DNA of 64,000 nt, taken from contig CAWDZV010000003.1 in the NCBI GenBank assembly GCA_963806985.1, forward strand, positions 611,277 through 675,276, given 5' to 3'. Below the pieces are notes generated by a model. The model ran no database searches and had not been told where the DNA came from. It saw only the letters and a list, made by a program, of their open reading frames with translations. Below are positions 37,118-45,858 of this stretch, piece by piece. The first letter of the stretch is position 1, and every line of letters starts with the position of its first letter. The stretch comes from an uncultured Acidobacteriaceae bacterium. GTDB taxonomy: Bacteria > Acidobacteriota > Terriglobia > Terriglobales > Acidobacteriaceae. The position numbers were made by a program, and so were the translations under genes.

Positions 37118-37180
37118 GTGCTTCAAAGGTTAAAACTGGGCTTCGAACACCCAGCGTCCCCCCTTCGGAGCATCTTTTTG
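37118..37180 (+). terminator. Probable intrinsic terminator of micro-ORF module 2
   Basis: Homologous to 36268-36341, with the inner hairpin ctgggcttcgaacacccag, the outer arm cccttcggagcat, and then cTTTTTg. Confidence 0.5.
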
Positions 37181-37372
37181 CTTGATGGCCGACCCCGTCC
37201 TCACTGAGCATCCCTGTCGCGATGTCCAATTCAGCGCGATTCTGAAAACCACAACTGCCAAGTCCCACGGCGTTCGCCGAATCTCGTTCCTGGCTGCGGC
37301 GGTTTGAGATCCGGAATGGGCGATCTTTGTCCTGATTATCTTCGGCGTGATCCCGTTTAGCATTACAGAGGT

Positions 37373-38170
37373 ATGAATCAGAGAAGAGTGGGACTGGCCC
37401 GAGCGCTTTCGAAAATGGGTTATTGCTCGCGATCTCAGGCGGCTGCTTTGATTCGCGGCGGACGTGTCAGTTTGAATGGGCGCATTGCTCGAGACGTAGA
37501 GAGTCCGGTGCGAATGCCTGGAGATCATATTGGGGTCGACGGTTCGCCGCTCGACAAGGCGCCGCCGCTTTACCTTGTCATGAATAAACCGCGCGGAGTG
37601 GTAACGACCGCATCGGACGAGCAAGGGCGCGAGACGATCTACGATCTGCTGGAGCCATGGTCGTCATGGGTTGGTCCGGTAGGAAGGTTGGATAAGGCGA
37701 GCGAAGGTTTGCTGTTGTTGACCAATGATTCGGAGTGGGCGGCTGCAATCACAGAGCCCTCCAGTCATGTGGACAAGAAATATCACGTGCAAATAGACTG
37801 CGTGGCGGACGGCGATTTGCTGGCGAGAATTGTTCGAAGTACCGCTGAGGGCGGCTTGTTTGCGGATACTTCGATCGCGAAAAAACGAAGGGCGGATGAC
37901 TCGGAACGATGCCTAAGCGCGAAGGTGGCGCGCTTGCTTCGGCATGGAGATAAAAATAGTTGGTTGGAGATTACGTTAGATGAAGGTAAGAATCGGCAAA
38001 TTCGACGATTGCTGGAAGGGTTGAATATTCGAGTTCTGCGACTCGTTCGAGTGTCGATTGGGCCGCTCGAACTGGGCGATCTGAAAAAGGGCTCAACGCG
38101 GCGGTTGACGCCAGCGGAAAAGACTGCGATCGATCGGACGCTAGGAAAGCGATACCCGACTGTGCTGTAG
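37373..38170 (+). CDS. Pseudouridine synthase, RsuA/RluB family, with N-terminal S4 domain
   Basis: The S4-like start is RVGLARALSKMGYCSRSQAAALIRGGRVSLNG. The catalytic motif is GRLDKASEGLLLLTND. Confidence 0.8.
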   Translation: MNQRRVGLARALSKMGYCSRSQAAALIRGGRVSLNGRIARDVESPVRMPGDHIGVDGSPLDKAPPLYLVMNKPRGVVTTASDEQGRETIYDLLEPWSSWVGPVGRLDKASEGLLLLTNDSEWAAAITEPSSHVDKKYHVQIDCVADGDLLARIVRSTAEGGLFADTSIAKKRRADDSERCLSAKVARLLRHGDKNSWLEITLDEGKNRQIRRLLEGLNIRVLRLVRVSIGPLELGDLKKGSTRRLTPAEKTAIDRTLGKRYPTVL

Positions 38171-38194
38171 AGACGCGGCTTGCCGCGTCTCTGC
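38167..38194. repeat. GTAGAGACGCGGCTTGCCGCGTCTC hairpin repeat, copy 1
   Basis: A stem of about 10 bp overlapping the rsuA-like stop codon. A near-identical copy in inverse orientation lies at 53299-53324. Confidence 0.65.
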
Positions 38195-38246
38195 TGCGGA
38201 GGGTGACCCGGCGAGCGGCTCGCACCTCAATTGCTCCTACGATGTC

Positions 38247-38780
38247 CTAGACTGATAGGCTTTTTTGCTCCAGATAGTCCTGGGCCTGGCGAAGCACTTT
38301 GCGCTCGTTTCCGTAGGCAAGTTGGCTGGGCGCATAGGCCAGCGGCACCCAGAGAGCTCGCGTGACCTCTATGCGCATGTCAGGAGCCAGGTTGTCGATT
38401 TCGCCGGACACGTATCGCATCAAATAAAAGGTCACAATCTTGAAGACTCGGGCGCCGTCTCCCCATCGGCGGACGTAGACGTACTTATTATCGGCGAGTT
38501 TAGTAACTGGTTCGGCTATGATTCCGGTTTCTTCAAATACTTCGCGCACGGCGGCGGCTTGTGGTTTTTCGCCGGGATCCACCAAACCTTTGGGCAGAGT
38601 TAATACGGTGCGGGTGCGCTTGCGCGGCGCTCTTGGCGGCGGGGCGGCTTCCTCCGGTGGTGCATTTTTCTGCGCTTCGTTTTTCTGTGGCTCGTTTTTT
38701 TGTGGTTCAATCAGGGCGACGTGCCACACTCCCGAGATCTGCCGAAGCACAACGCCGCCTGCTGAAATTTCCCGGGTCAT
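38247..38780 (-). CDS. NUDIX hydrolase
   Basis: The Nudix box is GLVDPGEKPQAAAVREVFEETGI. ATG 38780 (MTREISAGGVV) is preferred because the longer ORF overlaps the decarboxylase. A 15-nt tandem repeat encodes EPQKNEPQKNEAQKN. Confidence 0.7.
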   Translation of the reverse strand: MTREISAGGVVLRQISGVWHVALIEPQKNEPQKNEAQKNAPPEEAAPPPRAPRKRTRTVLTLPKGLVDPGEKPQAAAVREVFEETGIIAEPVTKLADNKYVYVRRWGDGARVFKIVTFYLMRYVSGEIDNLAPDMRIEVTRALWVPLAYAPSQLAYGNERKVLRQAQDYLEQKSLSV

Positions 38781-38805
38781 AGCGCACAGTCTCGAAGACA
38801 CGCCA

Positions 38806-40251
38806 TCAGAAATCGCCGAGTTTCCCAGTCTCTTGTTGAATGCGTTGCCAGGCGCGTTCCACATGCTGCGCCTGAGTGTTGGTTTGGCCGACGCACAGTC
38901 GAAGCGTGACCTTGCCGTCGAGCTTGGTGTGAGTAAGGTAAAGGTCGCCGCTGCTATTCAACCGGTCCATCAGTACTTGATTGGCCTGATCTCCGGCGCG
39001 GAGCCGGAAGCAGACGAGGTTGAGCTGAACGGGCGCGGCGAGTTCAAAGCGATCATCTTTTCGGAGCCAGATGGCAAACTCCTGCGCAAGGCGCACATGC
39101 TCTCGAATGTGGTGTTGCAGGCCTTCGATTCCGTAATATCGGATTACGAACCAAAGTTTGAGAGAACGAAAGCGGCGCCCGAGCTGGATGTGCCAGTCGC
39201 GATAGTCGATAACGGCGCCGGATTCAGTGGCCTGGTTGCGTAGATATTCCGGCAAGATCGAAAGCGTCTGGATCAAGTGCTTGCGGTCGGCAACGTAAAA
39301 GCAATTGCAATCGAAGTTCGTGAACATCCATTTGTGAGGATTGAAGGTGTAGCTGTCTGCAAACTCCACGCCATCGTTGATGAAGCGAAATTCCGGGCAG
39401 AGCGCGGCCGTGCCGCTCATGGCGGAATCGACGTGCAGCCAGAGTTTGTGCTCGTGGCAGATGCGGGCAACTTCGCGGATGGGATCGATCGCGTTCGAAG
39501 ATGTGGTCCCCACGGTGGCGCAGACGAAGCAGGGAATCAGAGCGGCGCTGAGGTCGGATTTGATCTGGCGCTCGAGCGCGTCGGGGCGCATGGCGAAGTT
39601 TTCGTCCACTTCGATATGGCACAGGTTTTCCGAACCCATGCCCGCGATCTTCATTGCCTTTTCAATGGAGGAGTGGGTTTGCGTGGAGCAGTAGGCAGAC
39701 AGCCGTCCATTGCAGCCTTTGCGATTGCTGGTGAATTCGGTGGTACGCTCGCGAGCGGCTAGCAAGGCGCATAACGAGGCGCTCGACGCCGTGTCCTGAA
39801 TCACGCCGCCGCCGGCGCTGCTTGTCGAAAGAAACTTCTCGGGCAGACCAAGCATCGAGACCAGCCAATCGAGCACGTGCGTTTCAAGCTCGGTGCATGC
39901 TGGACTGGTGGACCAGAGCATGCCTTGCACCCCCAGTCCGGAGGACAAGAGATCACCGAGGATGGCCGGGCCGGAGGCGTTCGCCGGGAAGTAGGCGTAA
40001 AAATTTGGCGACTGCCAGTGGGTGATGCCAGGAAGGATGATGCGTTCGATGTCATCAAGAATCTGCTCGAAGGCTTCACCATGTTCAGGCGCGGCTGGCG
40101 ACAACTTCGAACGAATTTCTCCCGGATTCACGCGCGCGAGAACGGGAAAGCTTTCGACGCGGGAGTGGTAGTCGGCGATCCAATCGACCATGGCGTGGCC
40201 GTGGCGGCGGAACTCCTCCGGCGACATGTGGAAAGATTTAGGTTCAGACAT
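38806..40251 (-). CDS. PLP-dependent group II decarboxylase (aromatic-L-amino-acid/tyrosine decarboxylase-like)
   Basis: Contains the FNPHKWMFTNFDCNCFYV lysine motif, HWQSPNFYAYFP and DYRDWHIQLGRRFRSLKLW. ATG 40251 was chosen because the TTG at 40263 lies inside a repeat. Confidence 0.8.
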   Translation of the reverse strand: MSEPKSFHMSPEEFRRHGHAMVDWIADYHSRVESFPVLARVNPGEIRSKLSPAAPEHGEAFEQILDDIERIILPGITHWQSPNFYAYFPANASGPAILGDLLSSGLGVQGMLWSTSPACTELETHVLDWLVSMLGLPEKFLSTSSAGGGVIQDTASSASLCALLAARERTTEFTSNRKGCNGRLSAYCSTQTHSSIEKAMKIAGMGSENLCHIEVDENFAMRPDALERQIKSDLSAALIPCFVCATVGTTSSNAIDPIREVARICHEHKLWLHVDSAMSGTAALCPEFRFINDGVEFADSYTFNPHKWMFTNFDCNCFYVADRKHLIQTLSILPEYLRNQATESGAVIDYRDWHIQLGRRFRSLKLWFVIRYYGIEGLQHHIREHVRLAQEFAIWLRKDDRFELAAPVQLNLVCFRLRAGDQANQVLMDRLNSSGDLYLTHTKLDGKVTLRLCVGQTNTQAQHVERAWQRIQQETGKLGDF

Positions 40252-40255
40252 GGGG

Positions 40256-40342
40256 ATTTGCAATTTGTAATTTGCGATTTGTAATTGGTAATTTGAAATG
40301 GGCTGCTCTTAAATTGCCAATTACAAATTATCAATTACAAAT
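40256..40342. repeat. ATTTGTAATTGGTAATTTG palindromic element, copy 3
   Basis: Arms at 40256-40299 and 40309-40342. It spans from the decarboxylase start to the methyltransferase stop codon. Confidence 0.7.
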
Positions 40343-41093
40343 GCCCGTAATACACTCTCGTCTTGTATTTGAATTCGACCCTATTATTCATAGCATGGGC
40401 GTGAAAGATCCGCTGCAGTTCCTGCATCATCGGCGCGTGGTTGGGATGGCCTTCGAGCGGCGCGTATGAAGACGACAGCAACCGTCCGGCGGCGCCTTCG
40501 TAACCAAACGGCTGGCGGAGGCTGAAGACACGTTCCTGGTATGGCGCGGGCGCAAAGAATTCATGGATGATTGCAGTCGTGCGTTCGTGGCGCACTTCTT
40601 TGTAGTCTGTGCCGTACGACAACAAAAGTTGCTCGTAGTCGCAGAGGAATGGCGTGCTAGCAGTGTCGCGCTCATTCCAGATCAACACGCACCATCCCTC
40701 GGGTTTCAGAATGCGGGCGAATTCGGCGCGCGTGCGAGGCAGGTCAAACCAGTGCGCCGCCTGGGCAGCGGTTACGAAGTCGACGGAAGCGGATCGCAGC
40801 GTCGTTTCGTCCGCTGTGCCGGCGACCGACACCAGTCGGGGATAGTCTTCGAGTTCGTGCATGCCCATATTGCGCATTTCTGTGTTGGGCTCGACGGCAA
40901 GGACGGAATTTCCGTTTTCCAGAAGAAGGCGGGTAAATACACCCGTGCCCGAGGCGATGTCGGCGACGATGTGACTGGACTGCAATCCGCATTCGGCGCG
41001 GAGAAGGTCGAGAACTTCGGGCGGATATCCGGGACGATAGCGGACGTAGTTTTCCACGCGATCGGAGAAACGTGTGGTTGAGGACTTGGCCAT
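40335..41093 (-). CDS. Class I SAM-dependent methyltransferase
   Basis: Motif I is VADIASGTGVFTRLLLENG, followed by an acidic post-I residue (AVEPN). Confidence 0.7.
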   Translation of the reverse strand: MAKSSTTRFSDRVENYVRYRPGYPPEVLDLLRAECGLQSSHIVADIASGTGVFTRLLLENGNSVLAVEPNTEMRNMGMHELEDYPRLVSVAGTADETTLRSASVDFVTAAQAAHWFDLPRTRAEFARILKPEGWCVLIWNERDTASTPFLCDYEQLLLSYGTDYKEVRHERTTAIIHEFFAPAPYQERVFSLRQPFGYEGAAGRLLSSSYAPLEGHPNHAPMMQELQRIFHAHAMNNRVEFKYKTRVYYGHL

Positions 41094-41211
41094 GGGTCTT
41101 CAGTGTAAGTGTAACGCGTCCCAACGGCGATGCTCTCCACACGGTACAATCTTCAGTTTGTGGCAAGAGCTGTTCTGGTTGATTGCATTTGCCGTTTTCT
41201 CAAGGAGCTTC

Positions 41212-43374
41212 ATGAGATTTCTCTCGGGTGCATTCCTTTTTTTCTTGCTGATTGGTTCGAACCAACCGGTTAATCAGGCCGGCAAGGAGCAATATCAGGC
41301 CGACAACAGTCCGGTCACCGGTTTCCGCGACACTGCCACCGAGCGACAAGTGGAGGCGAAATTTCTGGCGGCGCCCGATCCTAAGCTAGCCGAAGAACAT
41401 CTTCGAGTTTTGACGCAGGCTCCGCATATCGCCGGCTCTCCTGAAGATAAAGCGACTGCCGACTATGTGGCACAGAAGTTTCGCGATGCGGGACTGGACA
41501 CAGAAATTGTCGAATATAAGGTGTGGTTTAACTATCCAGCAGAAATCCGTGTGAATATGACCTCGCCGCCTGGAGTTGAGATGCATGGGCCGCGCCGCGA
41601 GCACGTTGACGGAGACCCGTATCAGGACGATCCGCGGGTTGTGACTCCTTATAACGGTATGTCTCCGTCAGGCGATGCAGAGGCGGAAGTTGTCTATGCG
41701 AACTACGGCTCGCCCGATGATTTCGACAAGCTGAAGCAGATGAACGTCGATGTGCGCGGCAAGATCGTTATTGTCCGTTATGGTCAGAATTTTCGTGGCG
41801 TGAAAGCGTTTGTGGCGCAGGAACACGGCGCCGCCGGAGTCATCATTTATTCCGACCCGAAGGATGACGGCTATTATCGCGGCGACGCCTATCCGAAAGG
41901 GCCGTGGCGCCCGGCCAGCGGCGTGCAGCGTGGATCGGTCGGGTTCATGTTCCAGTTTCCGGGGGACCCTACCACGCCGGGTGTAGCGTCGATTCCGACG
42001 CTGCCGGACTCTAAGCGGGTGTCACCCGCGGAATCTGAACAGATGCCGAAGATTCCCGTGACTCCGCTGTCTTATGCCGATGCCTCGCCGATTTTGGAGC
42101 ATCTCGGCGGACCGGCTTCGCCGCGTGAATGGCAGGGCGCGCTGCCGTTTACTTATCACGTGGGCCCCGGCCCTGCGAAAGTCAGGATGGACCTTAAGCA
42201 GGATTACCAGTTCCGCACCATTTGGGACGTCATTGGCAAAATTCACGGTGCGTCGTCGCCCGATGAATGGGTAGTGGCGGGCAATCATCGCGATGCGTGG
42301 GTCTATGGGGCTGTGGACCCCAACAGCGGCACCGCGGCGATGCTGGAGTCGGTGCACGGATTGGGCGAGCTTCTGAAGTCGGGCTGGAAGCCCAAGCGCA
42401 CCATCGTGATCGGAAGCTGGGATGCGGAAGAAGAGGGGCTGATCGGTTCGACCGAATGGGGCGAGGACCACGCACAGGAACTGGAAAGTGCCGATGCCTA
42501 TTTCAATATGGATGTTGGCGTGTCGGGCAAGAAATTCGGAGCGTCTGGAGTCCCCACGCTAAAGGAGTTTATTCGCGAGATTGCCAAGGCCGTGCCCTCG
42601 CCCCAAGGTGCGACCGTGTACGATGCATGGAAAAAAGCAACCGCACTCACGGCGGAAGGTAACCATCCACAGGAAACGGCGAGCTTTCGTTCGCTGCCGA
42701 ACGCGGTGCAAAACGATGTGCCCGTCGGCGATCTGGGCAGTGGCTCGGACTACTCTGTTTTTCTCCAGCATCTGGGCGTGCCTTCAACCGACATCAGTTC
42801 GACCGGCGATTATGGTGTATATCATTCGACATTCGACGACTTCGCGTGGTTCAAGAAATTCGGCGATCCTGATTTCCGCTACGAGCAGGAAATGGCTCGC
42901 ATCTACGGCTTGGAAATTGTACGTATGTCGAGCGCCAACGTCCTGCCCTACGATTACGAGAACTACGGGAAAGAGATTGTGGTGTACCTCGAAGGCGCCA
43001 GGTCGAAGAGTAAAGACCGGTTCGGAGACAAGAGTCCCGACTTTTCGGCGGCCCTTGAAGGCGCCCGCCGCCTGCAGGAAGCGGGCGCAAAAATGCTGCA
43101 AAAACAACGCAAAATGCCGGTACAGCCGGATCGAATCAATGTTAAACTTCGCGATGCAGAACGGGCACTGCTGATCCCAGAGGGGCTTCCGAACCGTCCT
43201 TGGTTTCACCATGCCATTTACGCTCCGGGACAGTACACCGGTTACGCAGCTGTGGTGATCCCTGGAGTGAACGAGGCGATTGATCGTAATGATCTTCGCC
43301 GGACCGAACAACAGATTGCAACTCTGGCAGCGGTGTTAAACCGTGCCACGCAAGTGTTGGAGCAATACCGCTAA
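41212..43374 (+). CDS. M28-family metallopeptidase, glutamate carboxypeptidase II/PSMA-like (PA domain plus TfR-like dimerisation domain)
   Basis: Contains GNHRDAWVYGAVDPNSGTAAMLE, SWDAEEEGLIGSTEW and YHSTFDDF. AAGGAG precedes ATG 41212, and a signal peptide follows. Confidence 0.8.
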   Translation: MRFLSGAFLFFLLIGSNQPVNQAGKEQYQADNSPVTGFRDTATERQVEAKFLAAPDPKLAEEHLRVLTQAPHIAGSPEDKATADYVAQKFRDAGLDTEIVEYKVWFNYPAEIRVNMTSPPGVEMHGPRREHVDGDPYQDDPRVVTPYNGMSPSGDAEAEVVYANYGSPDDFDKLKQMNVDVRGKIVIVRYGQNFRGVKAFVAQEHGAAGVIIYSDPKDDGYYRGDAYPKGPWRPASGVQRGSVGFMFQFPGDPTTPGVASIPTLPDSKRVSPAESEQMPKIPVTPLSYADASPILEHLGGPASPREWQGALPFTYHVGPGPAKVRMDLKQDYQFRTIWDVIGKIHGASSPDEWVVAGNHRDAWVYGAVDPNSGTAAMLESVHGLGELLKSGWKPKRTIVIGSWDAEEEGLIGSTEWGEDHAQELESADAYFNMDVGVSGKKFGASGVPTLKEFIREIAKAVPSPQGATVYDAWKKATALTAEGNHPQETASFRSLPNAVQNDVPVGDLGSGSDYSVFLQHLGVPSTDISSTGDYGVYHSTFDDFAWFKKFGDPDFRYEQEMARIYGLEIVRMSSANVLPYDYENYGKEIVVYLEGARSKSKDRFGDKSPDFSAALEGARRLQEAGAKMLQKQRKMPVQPDRINVKLRDAERALLIPEGLPNRPWFHHAIYAPGQYTGYAAVVIPGVNEAIDRNDLRRTEQQIATLAAVLNRATQVLEQYR

Positions 43375-43447
43375 TTACGGCGCAAGAATCTAACCTCAAT
43401 CGTGCGGCAAAGTGATGTGACGCGGTTAAGGCCGAGGTGCATCAGTT

Positions 43448-44482
43448 ATGCCACTGGCAAGAATCATTACGTGGTCCGAGACATGCGGTCAACAGCTCGC
43501 GCTGGATCTCGTTGCTCGCGGGTACGCCGTCGAAGTCGTCGCTCCTGACTCGGTGCCGGACAACTTCGCCGATTTGGTGTTGCGAGTCGGAGAGGATTCC
43601 GGAAAACTGGTCGCGAGTGTGGAAGCGCACAACGGCGGGCGTACGGCTTCTCTTGATTTTGTGCATCACTTGCGAGTCCCGCTGGCAGATTCTAGGATGC
43701 CGGCAAACGTTGAGGTGGTTTGTCTTTCGGGGGGACCAGCCAGCTTAGAGGCGGGATCGAGCACAGAACAGGTGCCCTTGTCGGCGGACGTTCCGCCACT
43801 GGGGATCAAAGCAGCGTCTCCCCAGCAGCCGAGTTTAAGCGCCGCACGTCCGGACTCGGACGACCCAGTTCCAGCCATTTCGGAGCGCTCGCGATTGGTT
43901 GAAACAGCTTCGCTAGCCCGAACGTCCGTGGCGTCCGTAAAAGGCCCGACCATCTCGCCGAGGCAAGCTGTGCGACTCAACCGGCCTTCAGCGTGGCAAT
44001 GGCGGGCGGCTCTGGCTACTGCCTGCATGGTGTCGCTGGCTCTGGCGCTCGCACTCGGGGGACGCCGCTTCGAAAAAACTCCCGTTGCGGTTCCGCAGGT
44101 AGATTCAGAAGAACTCGCGTTTCCATCGATCGATTCGTACTCGCCGGCCGCTGCTTTTGAGAATGATCCGCAGAAAGGTCGGACGAATGTACCGAAAGCT
44201 ATTTTCGGTTTGCCGGCACTCCCTTCGGTCGCGCAACGGGGAGGGGTTGCCGATCACATGTCAAAGAATTCAGCGGCTACTACTGCCGGAGACTCAGTTG
44301 TCAGAGCGTCTATAGTCGATAGAACGGAACGTTCCCGCCGGCACGATGGTTTGATAGCGCGCGACACCGTTATTTATCTGGACGGGAGGGGCCGACCTGC
44401 GCGGAAAGCGCGCGTAGCGAAGGGTATCGCCGCGAACACCGTCACCTATCTCAGCAAGCCGATTCCGAAACCGGCAAAATAA
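43448..44482 (+). CDS. Hypothetical protein with one central TM helix
   Basis: 344-aa ORF with coding-like composition and the hydrophobic segment AALATACMVSLALALALGG. No family was recognised. Confidence 0.4.
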   Translation: MPLARIITWSETCGQQLALDLVARGYAVEVVAPDSVPDNFADLVLRVGEDSGKLVASVEAHNGGRTASLDFVHHLRVPLADSRMPANVEVVCLSGGPASLEAGSSTEQVPLSADVPPLGIKAASPQQPSLSAARPDSDDPVPAISERSRLVETASLARTSVASVKGPTISPRQAVRLNRPSAWQWRAALATACMVSLALALALGGRRFEKTPVAVPQVDSEELAFPSIDSYSPAAAFENDPQKGRTNVPKAIFGLPALPSVAQRGGVADHMSKNSAATTAGDSVVRASIVDRTERSRRHDGLIARDTVIYLDGRGRPARKARVAKGIAANTVTYLSKPIPKPAK

Positions 44483-44742
44483 ATCCTCGTAGCTTCGCCG
44501 GCGCAACCTACCTGCCGAAGGACGTGGTTCCCGGCGCGTTACGCCGCGGCCGGGGTCAAACCCTGACCAAAAAGGCACGAAGGTCCACGAAGGGAAAAAA
44601 CTTTAAAACCACTAGGACTGAGCTACTGCTCGGTTCAACTTGCAACGTTTTGCTTCCTATTAGTACTAATAGCGATGCGGGTTATACGTACACGCTGGCG
44701 CATTGGTTACTCATCACGCGCACTTACCTGGGAGGTCTGTTT

Positions 44743-45774
44743 ATGCGGTATGGCTTCTTACTTTTGCTTTTGGCGGGCCTCGTGCTTCAGGCGAACGCGC
44801 AAGATGAGGTGGGTGGTCCCGCTAACGAGAAAGCCCGGAAGACGTATAAAGAGGGTCTGAACTATCTGCAGCACCACATGACCTCCGCCGCCTTGGATAG
44901 CTTTAAGAAGGCGGATAAGCAGGATGACCGACACTGCCTGGCCTGCCAGAAGAAGATGATCAAATATGGAACCGAGCTTGGAGATTGGAAGACTGCTGAA
45001 ACGGCTGGCGAAGAGACTCTGGCCGAGGCCCAGGGATCTAAAGAGATCGCACTCTCGCATTATGAGCTCGGAATGATCCTGCGGGATGAAGGGATCGAAA
45101 AACATAAAGATGAAATTCTTAGTCGGGCGCACGAGGAAATCGTCAAGGCATTAGCGGTCGCGCCAAATTTTCCAGACGCGGTTTTTGTCGACGGACTGAT
45201 CCTCGCTCACCTGAAGCAGGACGACGCGGCCAAGAAGCAGTTTGAGCAGTTTGTGAAGATGAGACCAGAGGATGATCCGAATCGGCAGCGCGCGCTGCGA
45301 TACATCGGCGTTCCCGAGCTGGCGCGGGCGAGAATGGCACCTTCATTTGCGATAACCACGATGGATGGGCAGAGGGTTTCTCTCGACGACCTTAAAGGGA
45401 AGGCCGTACTGATCGACTTCTGGGCTACCTGGTGCGAACCTTGCCGTGAGGCTCTGCCCCATATGCGGGAGATCGCGAAAAAGTTTGCCGGCCAGCCGCT
45501 GGTCGTACTGAGCGTAAGCCTCGACGACAATGACCAGAGGTGGAAGGACTTTGTGGCCAAAAATGAGATGACCTGGCCGCAATGTTGTGACGGCGGATTC
45601 AACGGACCCATCGCCACCAAGTTTGCCGTGCGAGCGATTCCGCAAACGTTCACCATCGATGCGGATGGAGTGCTGCAGGATCAGCACATCGGGGACGCGT
45701 CGATTGAAGGCAAACTGAAAAAACTCGTAGGACGGGTGCGGGATTTACGGGCCGCGGAGACGCCGAGGCAATAA
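44743..45774 (+). CDS. Secreted TPR-repeat / TlpA-like thioredoxin-fold thiol-disulfide oxidoreductase
   Basis: GGAGG precedes ATG 44743. The signal peptide is MRYGFLLLLLAGLVLQANA, and the redox motif is WATWCEPC. Confidence 0.75.
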   Translation: MRYGFLLLLLAGLVLQANAQDEVGGPANEKARKTYKEGLNYLQHHMTSAALDSFKKADKQDDRHCLACQKKMIKYGTELGDWKTAETAGEETLAEAQGSKEIALSHYELGMILRDEGIEKHKDEILSRAHEEIVKALAVAPNFPDAVFVDGLILAHLKQDDAAKKQFEQFVKMRPEDDPNRQRALRYIGVPELARARMAPSFAITTMDGQRVSLDDLKGKAVLIDFWATWCEPCREALPHMREIAKKFAGQPLVVLSVSLDDNDQRWKDFVAKNEMTWPQCCDGGFNGPIATKFAVRAIPQTFTIDADGVLQDQHIGDASIEGKLKKLVGRVRDLRAAETPRQ

Positions 45775-45858
45775 CCACTTCCCGACCGGCACGGGATGGC
45801 GAGTCGACGTTCCACGCTCGGTGGTGTGTTAATCCAGCTGGCTCTAGAATAGACGGGT

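Noticed and set aside
45335-45352. TGGCAC-containing sequence (TGGCACcttcaTTTGC) resembling a sigma54 promoter. Other isolated TGGCAC words occur at about 21325, 22845, 23396, 28908, 30043, 31695, 39616 and 50661.
   Set aside because: The GG-to-GC spacing is off by one at 45335, and that site lies inside the TlpA-like CDS. The other sites lack a -12 TGC at the right distance.
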